Both the position numbers and the translations under genes were made by a program. Of a stretch of DNA of 64,000 nucleotides, positions 1-9,982 are shown piece by piece. The DNA lies in contig JBDNCJ010000004.1 in NCBI GenBank assembly GCA_046719715.1, forward strand, positions 15,371-79,370, given 5' to 3'. This DNA is from Chloroherpetonaceae bacterium. Lineage in GTDB: Bacteria > Bacteroidota > Chlorobiia > Chlorobiales > Thermochlorobacteraceae. The notes under the pieces are model-generated. The model had not been told where the DNA came from, made no database searches, and saw only the letters and a list, made by a program, of their open reading frames with translations. Position 1 is the first letter of the stretch; the number at the start of each line of letters is the position of its first letter.

Positions 1-648
1 CGCCGCTTTTTTCGCCGCTAAGGGAGAAACGCGCGCGCCTGCTGCGGGTGCCGCTTTGGGTGCCGCCGCTTTTCTTGCCTTTTCTTCTTCTTCATATTTG
101 GCAAGCTTCTCGCGCTTTTCTTTTTCTTTTTCTATTGTGAGGACGCTGAAGTGATAAATAAAGTTGGAGCGGTCAACTTCGGCGAAGTCGTGAACGGGCG
201 TCATGGTCAGGCACTCTGTCGGGCACGGGTAGGTGCATAGTCCGCAATACATGCACTTTGCCATATCGATATCGAACTTGGAGAGCCAGAGTTTTTTCTT
301 GCTTCCGTCGCTCGTGGTGCCGAGTTCTTCAATGTCATCAGGCGTGGCTTTGAATGATTCAATCGTGATACAATTTACTGGGCAGGCATTTGCGCATTGA
401 TTGCAGGCGATACAGTCGTCGGCGTCGTTATGCAGTCGGTTGCGCGAGAAATCCGGCGTCGGAATCGCTTCGCTCGGATATTGAATCGTTACCAAGCCTT
501 CGTTGAGCTTGTTGAAATAATTATCGTCGTCTATCAGCGCAGTTTCTTCGCGCCATTTTGTTGCTTTTGAGAGGTGTTTAAGCGTGATGCTCATTCCGCC
601 AATGACGGACGAGACGCCTTTTTTTATGGAATCCACATACTCCGACAT
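1..648 (-). CDS. nuoI: NADH-quinone oxidoreductase subunit I (NuoI), 3' end cut by window edge
   Basis: Own translation of minus strand from ATG at 648: MSEYVDSIKKGVSSVIGGMSITLKHL... Two 4Fe-4S motifs (CIACNQCANACP, CMYCGLCTYPCP). Directly downstream of nuoH. Absent from ORF track because it runs off the edge. K/E/A-rich tail continues past position 1. Confidence 0.85.
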   Translation of the reverse strand, partial: MSEYVDSIKKGVSSVIGGMSITLKHLSKATKWREETALIDDDNYFNKLNEGLVTIQYPSEAIPTPDFSRNRLHNDADDCIACNQCANACPVNCITIESFKATPDDIEELGTTSDGSKKKLWLSKFDIDMAKCMYCGLCTYPCPTECLTMTPVHDFAEVDRSNFIYHFSVLTIEKEKEKREKLAKYEEEEKARKAAAPKAAPAAGARVSPLAAKKAA

Positions 649-707
649 AAATGTAATTGTTTAGAATTTTGAAAGATTATACTTTATCTGCCTCTTGCTT
701 CACGCTT

Positions 708-1835
708 TTATCGCACATAGAGTTCCCAGACTGCGGCGAACACGAAAATGAGCAAAGCAATCGGGGTGAGTACCTTCCAACAGAGATACATCAGTTGGTC
801 AACTCGGAATCTTGGGAAGGTCCAGCGCACCCACATCATTACAATCACGAAGAAAAATCCTTTCAGAATAATCCAGAACGCGCCCCAAATCGGACCGTTA
901 GTCAAATCGTTAAGCGCAATGCCACCGATATTTGGAAGTGGTGAATTCCAGCCGCCTAAAAAGAGCACCGAAAGAATGACGCTCGTCATGAACATAGACG
1001 CATATTCAGCAAGGAAAATCATAGCGAACTTCATTCCGCCATATTCGGTGAAGTAGCCAGAGACGAGTTCCGATTCCGCCTCGGGAATATCAAAGGGGGC
1101 GCGATTACATTCGGCGAGAGCGGCGATGAAATAAATAATCATAGCCAGCCACGCGACAGGCGATTGAAAGACCGCGTAATGCAAAATTCCAAGTTCGCCG
1201 CTTTGCGACATCACGATTTTTTGCATCGAGAGCGAGCCTGCCATCATCACGCCGACGAGAATCGCAATGCTGGCGGGGATTTCGTAACTGACGACTTGCG
1301 CCACGCTTCGCACAGCGCCGAAAAGCGACCATTTATTGTTCGAGCCCCAGCCGCACATCAAAATGCCTACGGCTTCGACCGAGACGATAGAGACAGCGTA
1401 AAACACGCCCACGTTCAAATCTGCGCCGATGAACTCACTGCTGAACGGTAGAACCGCATATGCGGCGAATGCACCCACAAAAATGATCAGTGGTCCCAAA
1501 ACGAAGAGTGGCTTATCAGCCGCCGCTGGCACAATATCTTCTTTTTGAATCAGTTTGAGAATGTCGGCAATCGTTTGAAGCAAGCCCCATTTACCGGTCT
1601 CGTTTGGTCCGATACGGTCTTGCATGAATGCTGATACTTTCCGCTCCCCATATACGCCGACATAGAGCGCGTAAAGTGCAATAAAGACAAGCGGAATTGC
1701 CGGAATTGCAAAGATGCCGACCGGAACACCGAAGAGTTCAATCGATTCAAGGGTTTTGACCCATGAGTTTTCCGCTTGAACAGGCGTGGCGGCTGTCGCA
1801 AGCGCGTCGGGCGTGAGTATGGCGAGTTGCTTCAT
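708..1835 (-). CDS. nuoH: NADH-quinone oxidoreductase subunit H (NuoH/ND1)
   Basis: 375-aa polytopic membrane ORF with [16 protein letters not shown] motif typical of NuoH. Sits in nuo gene order. Confidence 0.93.
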   Translation of the reverse strand: MKQLAILTPDALATAATPVQAENSWVKTLESIELFGVPVGIFAIPAIPLVFIALYALYVGVYGERKVSAFMQDRIGPNETGKWGLLQTIADILKLIQKEDIVPAAADKPLFVLGPLIIFVGAFAAYAVLPFSSEFIGADLNVGVFYAVSIVSVEAVGILMCGWGSNNKWSLFGAVRSVAQVVSYEIPASIAILVGVMMAGSLSMQKIVMSQSGELGILHYAVFQSPVAWLAMIIYFIAALAECNRAPFDIPEAESELVSGYFTEYGGMKFAMIFLAEYASMFMTSVILSVLFLGGWNSPLPNIGGIALNDLTNGPIWGAFWIILKGFFFVIVMMWVRWTFPRFRVDQLMYLCWKVLTPIALLIFVFAAVWELYVR

Positions 1836-1915
1836 CTCAAAAACACGAATTAGAAAGCGTTTGACTTAACTATTTTGATTAAAACTTCTTAATGACCTTC
1901 ATCTTGAATGTGCGG

Positions 1916-3115
1916 CTATCGGTCGACTTCGCCGAGCACAATATCGATGCTTCCCAAAATGGCGACAACGTCGGAAATCAAATTTCCTTTGCTTAAATCC
2001 GACATCACCGAGAGATTGACAAAACATGCCGCACGCGATTTGCATCGGAACGGTTTCGTGCCTTTGCCGTCGGCAATCACATAAAATCCGACTTCGCCTC
2101 TTGGATTTTCGCCGCGGGCGTAGGCTTCGCCTGCTGGTGGCTTAATGCGCTTCGGCACGGCGGCGTGCGGGTCAAAATTCGGGTCTTCGGGCATCTTATC
2201 GAGGCATTGCTGAATGATTTTCAGGCTCTCATAAATTTCATAGCAACGAACCAAGTGCCGCGAGAGGCTATCGCCGATGATGGAAAGTTTTCCATCAGGC
2301 ACAGCGACGTCAAATTCAAGTTCAGGATAAATGGAATAGGGGTCGTTTTTGCGCAAATCCCATTTTACGCCAGAGCCGCGAAGCATCGGACCAGAGCAAC
2401 CGTAGTTAATGGCAACATCAGCCGGCAAAATGCCAATGCCGCGCGTGCGCTCAATGAAAAGTTCATTTTCGGTGAGGAGTGCCATCATTTCGTCGACCTT
2501 CGGCTTGTAATACTTAACAAATTCAGCGGTGCGCTGTTTGAACTTCGCCGGAAAATTATGCGAGACGCCGCCAACCCAAATGTAGTTGTAAAGCATTCGT
2601 GCGCCGCAAAGCCACTCCAAGAGCGTGAGAATGTGTTCACGGTCGCGCATGATGTGCAAAAACGGCGTAAAGGCGCCGATGTCCAATCCATATGTAGCGA
2701 TTGCGACTTGGTGCGACGCGATGCGTTGCAATTCCGCGACAATCACGCGCATAAATTCCACTCGGCGCGGCACTTCAATGTTGAGCAATTTTTCAACCGC
2801 CATCACGTAGGCGTGTTCGGTGTTCATCGCCGAAAGGTAATCCATTCTATCGGTGTAGGGAATGACTTGTTGGTAGTCGAGGGCTTCGGCGTGTTTTTCA
2901 AAACAGCGATGCAAATAGCCCATGTGCGGCGTGGCTTTCATAACCACTTCTCCGTCGGTGATGAGCTCGACGCGCAAAACGCCGTGCGTTGCCGGGTGTT
3001 GCGGACCCATGTTGAGCGTCATGTATTCCGTCTCAAGGTCTTTCTCAACGACATATTGATTCGAGCCCGTCTGTGAAAGGCGCGTCTTCGGGGTATATTC
3101 CAATGTTTCCGCCAT
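1916..3115 (-). CDS. nuoD: NADH-quinone oxidoreductase subunit D (NuoD, 49 kDa)
   Basis: 399 aa. [12 protein letters not shown] motif and C-terminal DIVLGEVDR ending are characteristic of NuoD. Confidence 0.94.
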   Translation of the reverse strand: MAETLEYTPKTRLSQTGSNQYVVEKDLETEYMTLNMGPQHPATHGVLRVELITDGEVVMKATPHMGYLHRCFEKHAEALDYQQVIPYTDRMDYLSAMNTEHAYVMAVEKLLNIEVPRRVEFMRVIVAELQRIASHQVAIATYGLDIGAFTPFLHIMRDREHILTLLEWLCGARMLYNYIWVGGVSHNFPAKFKQRTAEFVKYYKPKVDEMMALLTENELFIERTRGIGILPADVAINYGCSGPMLRGSGVKWDLRKNDPYSIYPELEFDVAVPDGKLSIIGDSLSRHLVRCYEIYESLKIIQQCLDKMPEDPNFDPHAAVPKRIKPPAGEAYARGENPRGEVGFYVIADGKGTKPFRCKSRAACFVNLSVMSDLSKGNLISDVVAILGSIDIVLGEVDR

Positions 3116-3284
3116 GTTTGTGAACTGATTAAGCGTTGTGATTGCGACTTGTTAATTCAACTTTGAAAACAAAATCGTTTCAAAGCTTTCGTTTGATAGA
3201 ATGAAATTCGGCGTTCTTAGAACTTCACTACACCATTTGAACGCTTTGAAACGACTCTGGGCTTTTTAAAAGCTCGTCAATACA

Positions 3285-3529
3285 GGTCATGTAACTTTGT
3301 GTTTGTCATTCTGAACGGAGCATCAGCGCAGTGAAGAATCCACTGGATTCCTTGGACTCTTCGCTTCGCTCGCAATGACATCGGTGCTCAACGGTCATCT
3401 CATCACTTTTAACCCTTAACTCTCAACTCGTCTGGATTCCTCGCTTCGCTCGGAATGACAATTCGCCTCTTCATTTCTCATTCTTCATTTCTCATTAGAG
3501 ATTGGATTCCTCGCTTTGCTTAGAATGAC
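3285..3529. repeat. Cluster of dispersed hairpin repeats (family 1, core GTCATTCYGAGCGAAGCGAGGAATCC and its complement) between nuoC and nuoD
   Basis: Copies at about 3305-3341 (forward), 3345-3379, 3434-3459 and 3504-3529 (reverse complement). The leader ggtcatgtaactttgtgtttgtc at 3285 recurs at 20736. The same core recurs at 13934, 14043, 20820, 32956, 32997 and 33109. Confidence 0.85.
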
Positions 3530-3549
3530 GAACACATTTTAGCACTACC

Positions 3550-4044
3550 TCAATACGGCACTTTGATGCCGTGATAGTATTCTTGCACTTTGTAATCTTT
3601 TCGGAGCGGATGCCCTTCCCAATCGTCGGGGCAAAGGATTCGGCGCAAGTCGGGATTTCCTTCAAAAACGATGCCGACCAAATCGTAGGCTTCGCGCTCA
3701 TGCCACTCCGCCGTGCGCCAAATTTCCGCGACGCTCGGAATCGTATTGTTTTCCTTCGTGCACTTGAGTTTGACTGCTATCTTGTGCTGGAATGCCGATA
3801 AGGATTCAAGATTATAGACGACGCCTAATGTTCCATCGTTGTAATCAACGCCGGAAAGGCATGCCAAGTAATCGAGTTTTAATCGCTCGTCGGTGCGCAT
3901 GAAGTAGGCAATGGGTTGCCAAAGCGAATGATCCAGCACCGTGAAATTGGGCATGGTGCGGCTGTTATCAAGGTTGGAGACAGATTCCGTTCCAAATTCA
4001 TCTTTGATAATTGCGTGGATTTCTTCTGGCGTTAATTTTGGCAT
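3550..4044 (-). CDS. nuoC: NADH-quinone oxidoreductase subunit C (NuoC, 30 kDa)
   Basis: WHEREAYDLVGIVFEGNPDLRRIL motif. I prefer ATG at 4044 (MPKLTPEEIH...), one nt after the nuoB stop, over the track start at 4122, which would overlap nuoB by 77 nt. Confidence 0.88.
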   Translation of the reverse strand: MPKLTPEEIHAIIKDEFGTESVSNLDNSRTMPNFTVLDHSLWQPIAYFMRTDERLKLDYLACLSGVDYNDGTLGVVYNLESLSAFQHKIAVKLKCTKENNTIPSVAEIWRTAEWHEREAYDLVGIVFEGNPDLRRILCPDDWEGHPLRKDYKVQEYYHGIKVPY

Positions 4045-4045
4045 A

Positions 4046-4666
4046 TTAGGCGGTGGCTTCTTCGGTTTCTGGTTTGGCAATCGTTGTTGGTTTGACATTC
4101 GCATTGAAGGGGTGCGCCGCAATAATCACTTCTTCGGCAGGCGCAGATTTTGCCGCGATTTTTCGCAGGGCTTCTTGACGCGTCAAGCCTAAACGCTCTT
4201 CGCGAATCAATTCTTGAATTTTCATTAAGCCGCCAATCAAGGCTTCAGGGCGCGGCGGACAGCCGGGCACATACACATCAACAGGAACCACACGGTCGAC
4301 ACCTTTGACGACGTGATAACCATGCTCCCAATACGGACCACCGCAGTTGGCGCAACTTCCCATCGAGAGCACGTAGCGTGGCTCGGACATTTGGTCATAA
4401 AGACGCTTGACGCGCTCCGCCATCTTGAACGTGACCGTTCCCGCCACAATCATCAAGTCGGATTGGCGCGGCGACGAGCGCGGAAAAATGCCGAACCGCT
4501 CGAGGTCGTAGTTAGAGGCATTGGTCGCCATCATTTCAATCGCGCAACAGGCGAGACCAAACGACATTGGCCATAACGAGGATAGGCGCGACCAGTTGAG
4601 CAGGTCTTCAACTTTGGTAACTATCGCTCCGCCGTTAGAAATTTTTGCATCAAGAAGACTTGGCAT
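4046..4666 (-). CDS. nuoB: NADH-quinone oxidoreductase subunit B (NuoB, 20 kDa)
   Basis: 206 aa. N2 cluster ligand motifs [17 protein letters not shown] and PGCPPRPE. About 45-aa non-conserved C-terminal extension. Confidence 0.93.
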   Translation of the reverse strand: MPSLLDAKISNGGAIVTKVEDLLNWSRLSSLWPMSFGLACCAIEMMATNASNYDLERFGIFPRSSPRQSDLMIVAGTVTFKMAERVKRLYDQMSEPRYVLSMGSCANCGGPYWEHGYHVVKGVDRVVPVDVYVPGCPPRPEALIGGLMKIQELIREERLGLTRQEALRKIAAKSAPAEEVIIAAHPFNANVKPTTIAKPETEEATA

Positions 4667-4722
4667 AATCGTTTCTCAGGTTTGATTAACGGAAACTAAA
4701 ACTTGTTGACTCCGAACAGTGC

Positions 4723-5184
4723 CTATGCCGCTGTTTCAGGTTCGGCAACTTTGGGCTTTTGCAAAGACTTCGGCTTTTCGAACTTTTTGGTCGGCATTTT
4801 GGGAATGTTCGGCGTCGGCACCACCCAATTGATGTAGCCTTTCTTCCATTCATAAATCAGCCCCAGCGTCAAAACGCCTAAAAACACCAGCGCCACCGCC
4901 AGCGCATAGCCGCCCACTTGCTTGAAAATCGTTGCCCAAGGGTAGAGGAAAAGCACTTCCACATCAAAGATGATGAAGATGAGCGCAACCACGTAGAAGC
5001 GAATGTTGAACTGAATCCACGCGCTTCCCTTCGGCTCTTCGCCGCATTCATATGTGGTTAATTTTTCGGTATAAGGACGGTGCGGGCGTATGAGGCGAGA
5101 AGTTACAAATCCAAGAACTACAAAAATGACGCCAACGGCAAGAAAAAGAAAAACCTTCCCAAACTCTGAAATCTCTTGTGCCAT
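4723..5184 (-). CDS. nuoA: NADH-quinone oxidoreductase subunit A (NuoA)
   Basis: 153 aa with three TM segments and YECGEEP motif. First gene of the nuo cluster. K/P-rich C-terminal extension. Confidence 0.88.
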   Translation of the reverse strand: MAQEISEFGKVFLFLAVGVIFVVLGFVTSRLIRPHRPYTEKLTTYECGEEPKGSAWIQFNIRFYVVALIFIIFDVEVLFLYPWATIFKQVGGYALAVALVFLGVLTLGLIYEWKKGYINWVVPTPNIPKMPTKKFEKPKSLQKPKVAEPETAA

Positions 5185-5396
5185 TGATGATTTTGGTTTG
5201 AACTACGGTTTGAAAAAATCTTGATGAAATGTACTTTTTGTTCAGACTGACAAAGTGCGCAACGCATTCATTTCCGCGAAAATTCCTTTTCCGAAAAAAA
5301 TTTTTAACCATAGCCGTGATTTTTGTCTTTGAAACGAATGTTGCATCTTCGTGATGCTATCAAATCTAATGGCTTCTGCCAAACTGCGCAATAACG

Positions 5397-6017
5397 ATGT
5401 CCAGACCACTTACCGACGAACAACTTTCTCATCTCGCCCAACAAGGCTGGTCAAAAGTAGGCGAAACGATTCAAAAGACGTTTTCCTTTGACGGTTCCGA
5501 CGGCAAAAGTCCCTTCCTGAAAGGACTTGCGTTCATCGAGCGCGTCGCAACCCTCGCCGAAGACGCTAACCATCACCCCGATATTACGTTCACCTACAAC
5601 CGCGTCGTGATTTCACTGACCACGCACGACAAAGGCATGCTCACCGAAAAGGATTTTGATTTAGCCACGAAAATCGGCGCAGTCAACGCCATGGTTCAGG
5701 TTTTTTGCGATAAAATTCATTCCGATTTCTCATCGGAAATCGTCTGCGAAAGTCCTTCTGGAATTCCAACAAGAGTTGTTACACACCAGCCTTCGCCTCA
5801 CAACTACAACTTTCAGATTCCGAGCGGGAAATCCGTCTATAAAATTTCCGCCTCCGAAAGCGAGCAAGCCTTAGAGACGCTTGCCAATGGATTCACCGGC
5901 AACGGCGCGGCGGTTTTGCTCGAGCGCACCGCAACGGAGTATGTCGTAGAACTGAACAGCACGCCGGAAGGCATTCGTCCAGAAGTTTCTGTTACCTTCA
6001 ATCCATCGTCGTCATGA
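5397..6017 (+). CDS. Pterin-4a-carbinolamine dehydratase (PCD/DCoH) domain protein with about 100-aa unknown C-terminal extension
   Basis: N-terminal about 100 aa match PCD family features (W..........F.F......F...VA.LAE..NHHPD......N.V...L.THD). The C-terminal half has no feature I recognise. Stop overlaps the next ATG (ATGA). Confidence 0.7.
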   Translation: MSRPLTDEQLSHLAQQGWSKVGETIQKTFSFDGSDGKSPFLKGLAFIERVATLAEDANHHPDITFTYNRVVISLTTHDKGMLTEKDFDLATKIGAVNAMVQVFCDKIHSDFSSEIVCESPSGIPTRVVTHQPSPHNYNFQIPSGKSVYKISASESEQALETLANGFTGNGAAVLLERTATEYVVELNSTPEGIRPEVSVTFNPSSS

Positions 6018-8170
6018 GTTCCGCCTTATTTCCTGATGCAAGCGAAGCGATACGCAGTGTGATGGCTCGCGCCCAAGACGCTCTTTCTAATAAAAAATAT
6101 TCCGACGCGGCAGACCTAGCCTTACAGGCTCTTCAAGATTCAGAACGGTTGAACCAAGTCTCGCTTCAAACTTCGGCGCGCCTGCTTCTTGCAGAAGCGC
6201 TGATAAAGGAGCAAAAGTTCAGCGATGCCTTGCCGCACCTTCACCACGTTCTCGATTTTTCCGAATTGGCAGACAAGCGAGACGAAGTGAGGCACGCGCT
6301 CTCGCTTTTAGGAAGAATCGCTTACTACAAGAAAAACTATCCCCTTGCACTTGAATACCTTCAAAATGTTTTGACAATGTGCGAGTCGTGTGCCGATGAG
6401 TTCAGTTATACGGCACATCATTTCATCGGAATTATTTACGCACGTACCCTTGACAGCCAGAAAGCCATTGAAAGTAGTCGCAGCGCGCTTCGTTGCGCAG
6501 AGGCGTTAAATTCGCCACACAAAGTCGCACAGACGCTCGTCAGTTTGGGCAATGCCTTCAATAGTCAAGGCAATCTGTTAGAAGCCTTTTCGCATTTTCG
6601 GCGAGCAGAGTCTATCTGTCAAGCGCATGGGTTTGCGGACACCGAAGCGGTTGTACTTCAAAATCTCGCCACGCTCTTTACGGGGATTGGCGATTTGGAA
6701 CAGTCGCTCCTCATTCATCATCGTTTAATTGAGTATTATGAACGTATCGCCGACCAACGGATGCTCGGTTATGAATGCATCAATCTCGCAGGCGCATACT
6801 TCACCAGCAATAAGATGGAACTTGCTACCCACTTTTGCGAACGCGCGATAAATATTCTCTCTGTGATTAACGAAGAAGACATCTGCGCACTGGCGCGTCT
6901 TCGATTAGCTGAAATTCATCTTAAAGAGAACCAACTCGACCTTGCCGTTTCCCTCAGCCGCGACGTCGTTACGCTTTACGAGGAAAGAGGAAATAAGGAG
7001 CATCTTGCCGATGCTTATTTCGCTTTGGGAGAATCGCTTCACAAGTCAGGCGATACCGAGCGTGCCCTTGTCTACTTGAAAAAGGGGGTTGACTTTACTC
7101 GTAGCGTTGAAAAATTTAGCCTCTATGCGCTGTTCTGCATTTCACTTGCAGAAATCTTTCTCCAAAAAGAAGATTACGATACTGCTTTGTCTTACTTTGA
7201 AGATTCACGTGCGATTTGTGAGCAACAAAACATAAACTCGCTTTTGCCGAAAGTTTATCTTGGCTTGTCGCAGATGCACGATAAACGCGGCGACTTTCGC
7301 AACGCATATGATTTCTATCGAAAGTATCACGACTGTTCGCAAGCCGTTTTCAATCTTGATGTTGAAAAAATCGCTCAACGTCTTTCCATTCAATACGACC
7401 TTCGCCAAAAAGAGCAGGAAGCCAAAAAAGAGCGTGAAAAAGCCGAAATGCTTTACAGAGTGAATCAAGAACTGCATGAAGCGAATCGGCTGAAAAACGA
7501 GTTCCTCTCGATTGCGGCGCACGACCTCAAAAATCCGCTTCAATCCATTATCGGTTTTTCAGAGATTATTCAAGAAGCATATACCTCGCTTGATGAAGCG
7601 AAATCGCATGCGCAAGTTATTTCGCGTTCTGCCTCTCACATGGCTCGTCTGATTAAATCGCTCCTTGAAACCGCCGCCATTTCTTCCAGCGCCTTGACCT
7701 TTGAGTTTGAGAAAGTTAATTTGAACGACTTGCTCCAAAAAGTCATCGCCGATTTTACGCCGATGCTTCAAGCGAAATCTCAAATCATGGTCTTTAACGG
7801 ATTGCCGAATGCGCTCGCACTTGTTGATATTGATAAAATGAAAGAGGTTTTTTCGAATCTTATTTCAAATGCGATAAAATACAGCCCTCCGAACAAGACG
7901 ATTACTGTTCAGATTGCGCCGTCGGCTCAGAGCGGATTGCTCATCTCCATTAAAGATGAAGGACAAGGGTTGAGCGAATCGGATAAAGCGAAACTTTTCG
8001 GACAGTTTCAGCGGCTTTCGTCGCGACCGACGGGCGGCGAAGGCTCAACCGGCTTGGGCTTATGGATTACAAAAGCGTTTGTTGAAAAGCACAACGGCAA
8101 CATCTGGGCGGAGTCCGAAGGCAAAGGCAGAGGCACGACCTTTTTCGTCGAACTTCCCGCCGCAACTTAA
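6014..8170 (+). CDS. Soluble TPR-repeat sensor histidine kinase (paralog 1)
   Basis: 718 aa. About 450 aa of TPR-like repeats, then a coiled coil, then H-box FLSIAAHDLKNPLQSI. N, G1, F and G2 boxes are NLISNAIKYS, IKDEGQGL, FGQFQRL and GLGLWI. No TM segment and no receiver domain. Confidence 0.9.
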   Translation: MSSALFPDASEAIRSVMARAQDALSNKKYSDAADLALQALQDSERLNQVSLQTSARLLLAEALIKEQKFSDALPHLHHVLDFSELADKRDEVRHALSLLGRIAYYKKNYPLALEYLQNVLTMCESCADEFSYTAHHFIGIIYARTLDSQKAIESSRSALRCAEALNSPHKVAQTLVSLGNAFNSQGNLLEAFSHFRRAESICQAHGFADTEAVVLQNLATLFTGIGDLEQSLLIHHRLIEYYERIADQRMLGYECINLAGAYFTSNKMELATHFCERAINILSVINEEDICALARLRLAEIHLKENQLDLAVSLSRDVVTLYEERGNKEHLADAYFALGESLHKSGDTERALVYLKKGVDFTRSVEKFSLYALFCISLAEIFLQKEDYDTALSYFEDSRAICEQQNINSLLPKVYLGLSQMHDKRGDFRNAYDFYRKYHDCSQAVFNLDVEKIAQRLSIQYDLRQKEQEAKKEREKAEMLYRVNQELHEANRLKNEFLSIAAHDLKNPLQSIIGFSEIIQEAYTSLDEAKSHAQVISRSASHMARLIKSLLETAAISSSALTFEFEKVNLNDLLQKVIADFTPMLQAKSQIMVFNGLPNALALVDIDKMKEVFSNLISNAIKYSPPNKTITVQIAPSAQSGLLISIKDEGQGLSESDKAKLFGQFQRLSSRPTGGEGSTGLGLWITKAFVEKHNGNIWAESEGKGRGTTFFVELPAAT

Positions 8171-8182
8171 ACGCATTTCAGC

Positions 8183-9538
8183 ATGTCTTACGAATTTTCC
8201 GAAGTCATAGAAACCTTGCGCATGACGGAGGTCGAGCACTTTGATATTCGCACGGTTACGCTCGGCATTAGTTTGCGCGACTGCGCTTCGCACAATCTTG
8301 AAATTGCCAAAAGTAAAATCCGTTCAAAAATTTTGAAGCGCGGCGAAGTGCATCTCAACTCCGCGCGCGAGGTAGAACAAATGTATGGGCTTCGCATCGC
8401 CAATAAACGCATTTCCGTTACGCCCATTTCCATCGTCTTTGACCAATTTCGCGAAGCGGAACTCATCGAGCTTGCGCTCACGCTCGACAGTTGCGCCAAA
8501 GAACTTGGCATTGATTTCATCGGCGGCTACTCTGCCCTCGTTGAAAAAGGCATGACGGACGGCGAAAAAGCCCTTCTCAACTCCGTTCCCGACATGATGG
8601 CGGCGACGAAACACATCTGCTCGAGCATCAATGTGGCGTCGACGAAAGCGGGCATCAATATGGACGCAGTGTATCTTGTTGGCAAAATGATTAAACAACT
8701 TGCGGCGAAAACGCCACGTGCCGAAGGCTGTTGCAAATTTGTCGCCTTTTGCAATGTTCCCGAAGACAATCCGTTTGTGGCGGGCGCATTTCACGGCGTC
8801 AGCGAGCCAGATGTGAGTTTAAATGTTGGAATTTCAGGACCGGGCGTGGTGCTTGCCGCCATTCGTGAAGCAGGTGATTGCGATTTCGGCACGCTCTGCG
8901 AGGTGATTAAGCGCACGGCGTTCAAAATTACGCGGGCGGGTGAATTAATCGGTCGGAAAGTCGCTCAAAAATCTGGCGTGCCATTCGGCATTGTCGATAT
9001 TTCGCTTGCGCCGACGCCAGCATGGGGCGACAGCATCGGGGAAATTTTGGAGGCAATCGGCGTTGAATCGGTCGGCGCACCGGGAAGCACGGCGGCGTTG
9101 ATGCTCCTGAACGACAGCGTCAAAAAAGGCGGCATGATGGCGTCGTGCTATGTCGGAGGCATGTCGGGTGCGTTTATTCCCGTCTCGGAAGATGCGGGCA
9201 TGATTCGCGGCGTTGAGCGCGGCTCACTCTCGATTGAAAAATTAGAAGCGATGACGAGCGTCTGTTGCGTCGGCTTGGATATGGTTGCCGTGCCCGGCGA
9301 TACCAGTGCAGAAACGCTTTCCGCTATTCTTGCCGACGAGTGCGCCATTGGCGTCGTCAATAACAAAACCACCGCTATGCGCATCATTGTGCCGCCTGGC
9401 ACCAAAGTCGGCGATGTGATTGACTACGGCGGTTTGCTCGGTCAAGCCATTATTATGCCCGTGAGCCGATTTCGTTCAGATGCATTTATCAAACGCGGCG
9501 GCAGAATCCCCGCGCCCACACGCGGCATAAACAACTAA
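8183..9538 (+). CDS. UPF0210 / DUF711 family protein
   Basis: 451 aa. N-terminus MSYEFSEVIETLRMTEVEHFDIRTVTLGISLRDC matches my memory of the conserved UPF0210 N-terminus, and the length fits. Starts 12 nt after the kinase stop. Confidence 0.75.
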   Translation: MSYEFSEVIETLRMTEVEHFDIRTVTLGISLRDCASHNLEIAKSKIRSKILKRGEVHLNSAREVEQMYGLRIANKRISVTPISIVFDQFREAELIELALTLDSCAKELGIDFIGGYSALVEKGMTDGEKALLNSVPDMMAATKHICSSINVASTKAGINMDAVYLVGKMIKQLAAKTPRAEGCCKFVAFCNVPEDNPFVAGAFHGVSEPDVSLNVGISGPGVVLAAIREAGDCDFGTLCEVIKRTAFKITRAGELIGRKVAQKSGVPFGIVDISLAPTPAWGDSIGEILEAIGVESVGAPGSTAALMLLNDSVKKGGMMASCYVGGMSGAFIPVSEDAGMIRGVERGSLSIEKLEAMTSVCCVGLDMVAVPGDTSAETLSAILADECAIGVVNNKTTAMRIIVPPGTKVGDVIDYGGLLGQAIIMPVSRFRSDAFIKRGGRIPAPTRGINN

Positions 9539-9540
9539 CC

Positions 9541-9617
9541 CTCCCGCCTCCTTTTAGGAAAGCGTCAGGGTGAGGTCTTGTTCCCTCTTCTTTTAGGAGA
9601 GGATTAGGGTGAGGTCC
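9541..9617. repeat. Two tandem copies of dispersed repeat family 2 (hairpin + TYAGGGTGAGGTC)
   Basis: cctccttttaggaaagcgtcagggtgaggtc followed by cctcttcttttaggagaggattagggtgaggtc. The same family occurs three times at 31074-31190. Confidence 0.8.
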
Positions 9618-9825
9618 AATCCGCACTCCGCAAGCGTTGAGCATGAAGAGTGGATTCAACTTTCAACTCTTCATTCTTAACGCTCAACTATCGGACGATG
9701 ATGCTGGTGAAGTAGTCGCTCCGATTGAAGAACATCTATTGATTATTTTTGTTTGAAATTTGGAAAATCGAGTCTCATGCCGTTTATTTGCGCTCATCAA
9801 ATTGTTCATTTACAATTTTTCTTTT

Positions 9826-9956
9826 GAGTTCGTCATCAAGAAAGGCAGAGGGTTCGCGCCCAATGAAGCCTTAGCAACCGTTCAAAACAAGGTTCAGACT
9901 TGTTTGAAAATGGTGCTAATTCGCGCCCGTTCAACAACGATGGGAGAGATGACAGA
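9826..9956 (+). promoter_or_regulatory. SAM-I (S-box) riboswitch aptamer
   Basis: GTCATCAAGAAAGGCAGAGGGTTCGCGCCCAATGAAGCCTTAGCAACC...GGTGCTAATTC...GAGAGATGAC matches the SAM-I consensus (yTCTTATCaAGAGaGGcgGAGGGA..GGCCC.atGAa.CC..GCAACC....GGTGCcAAttCC....GAtgAg). P1 is GTCATC/GATGAC. P3 hairpin is ttcaaaacaag/cttgtttgaa. Lies upstream of metY. Confidence 0.8.
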
Positions 9957-9982
9957 AAGAATACGCTCAACGCACAAGTTTT

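Noticed and set aside
2165-3076. 303-aa plus-strand ORF
   Set aside because: Entirely antisense to nuoD, with an Arg/His/Phe-rich nonsense composition and no motifs.
9641-9715. Possible second T9SS tail relic (in-frame ...TMMLVK* at 9695-9715, similar to KKMMLVK* at 30944-30968)
   Set aside because: Only the last 5-6 codons match. The upstream translation (SSFLTLNYR) has no CTD features. Probably part of a shared repeat or terminator context, so too weak to call.
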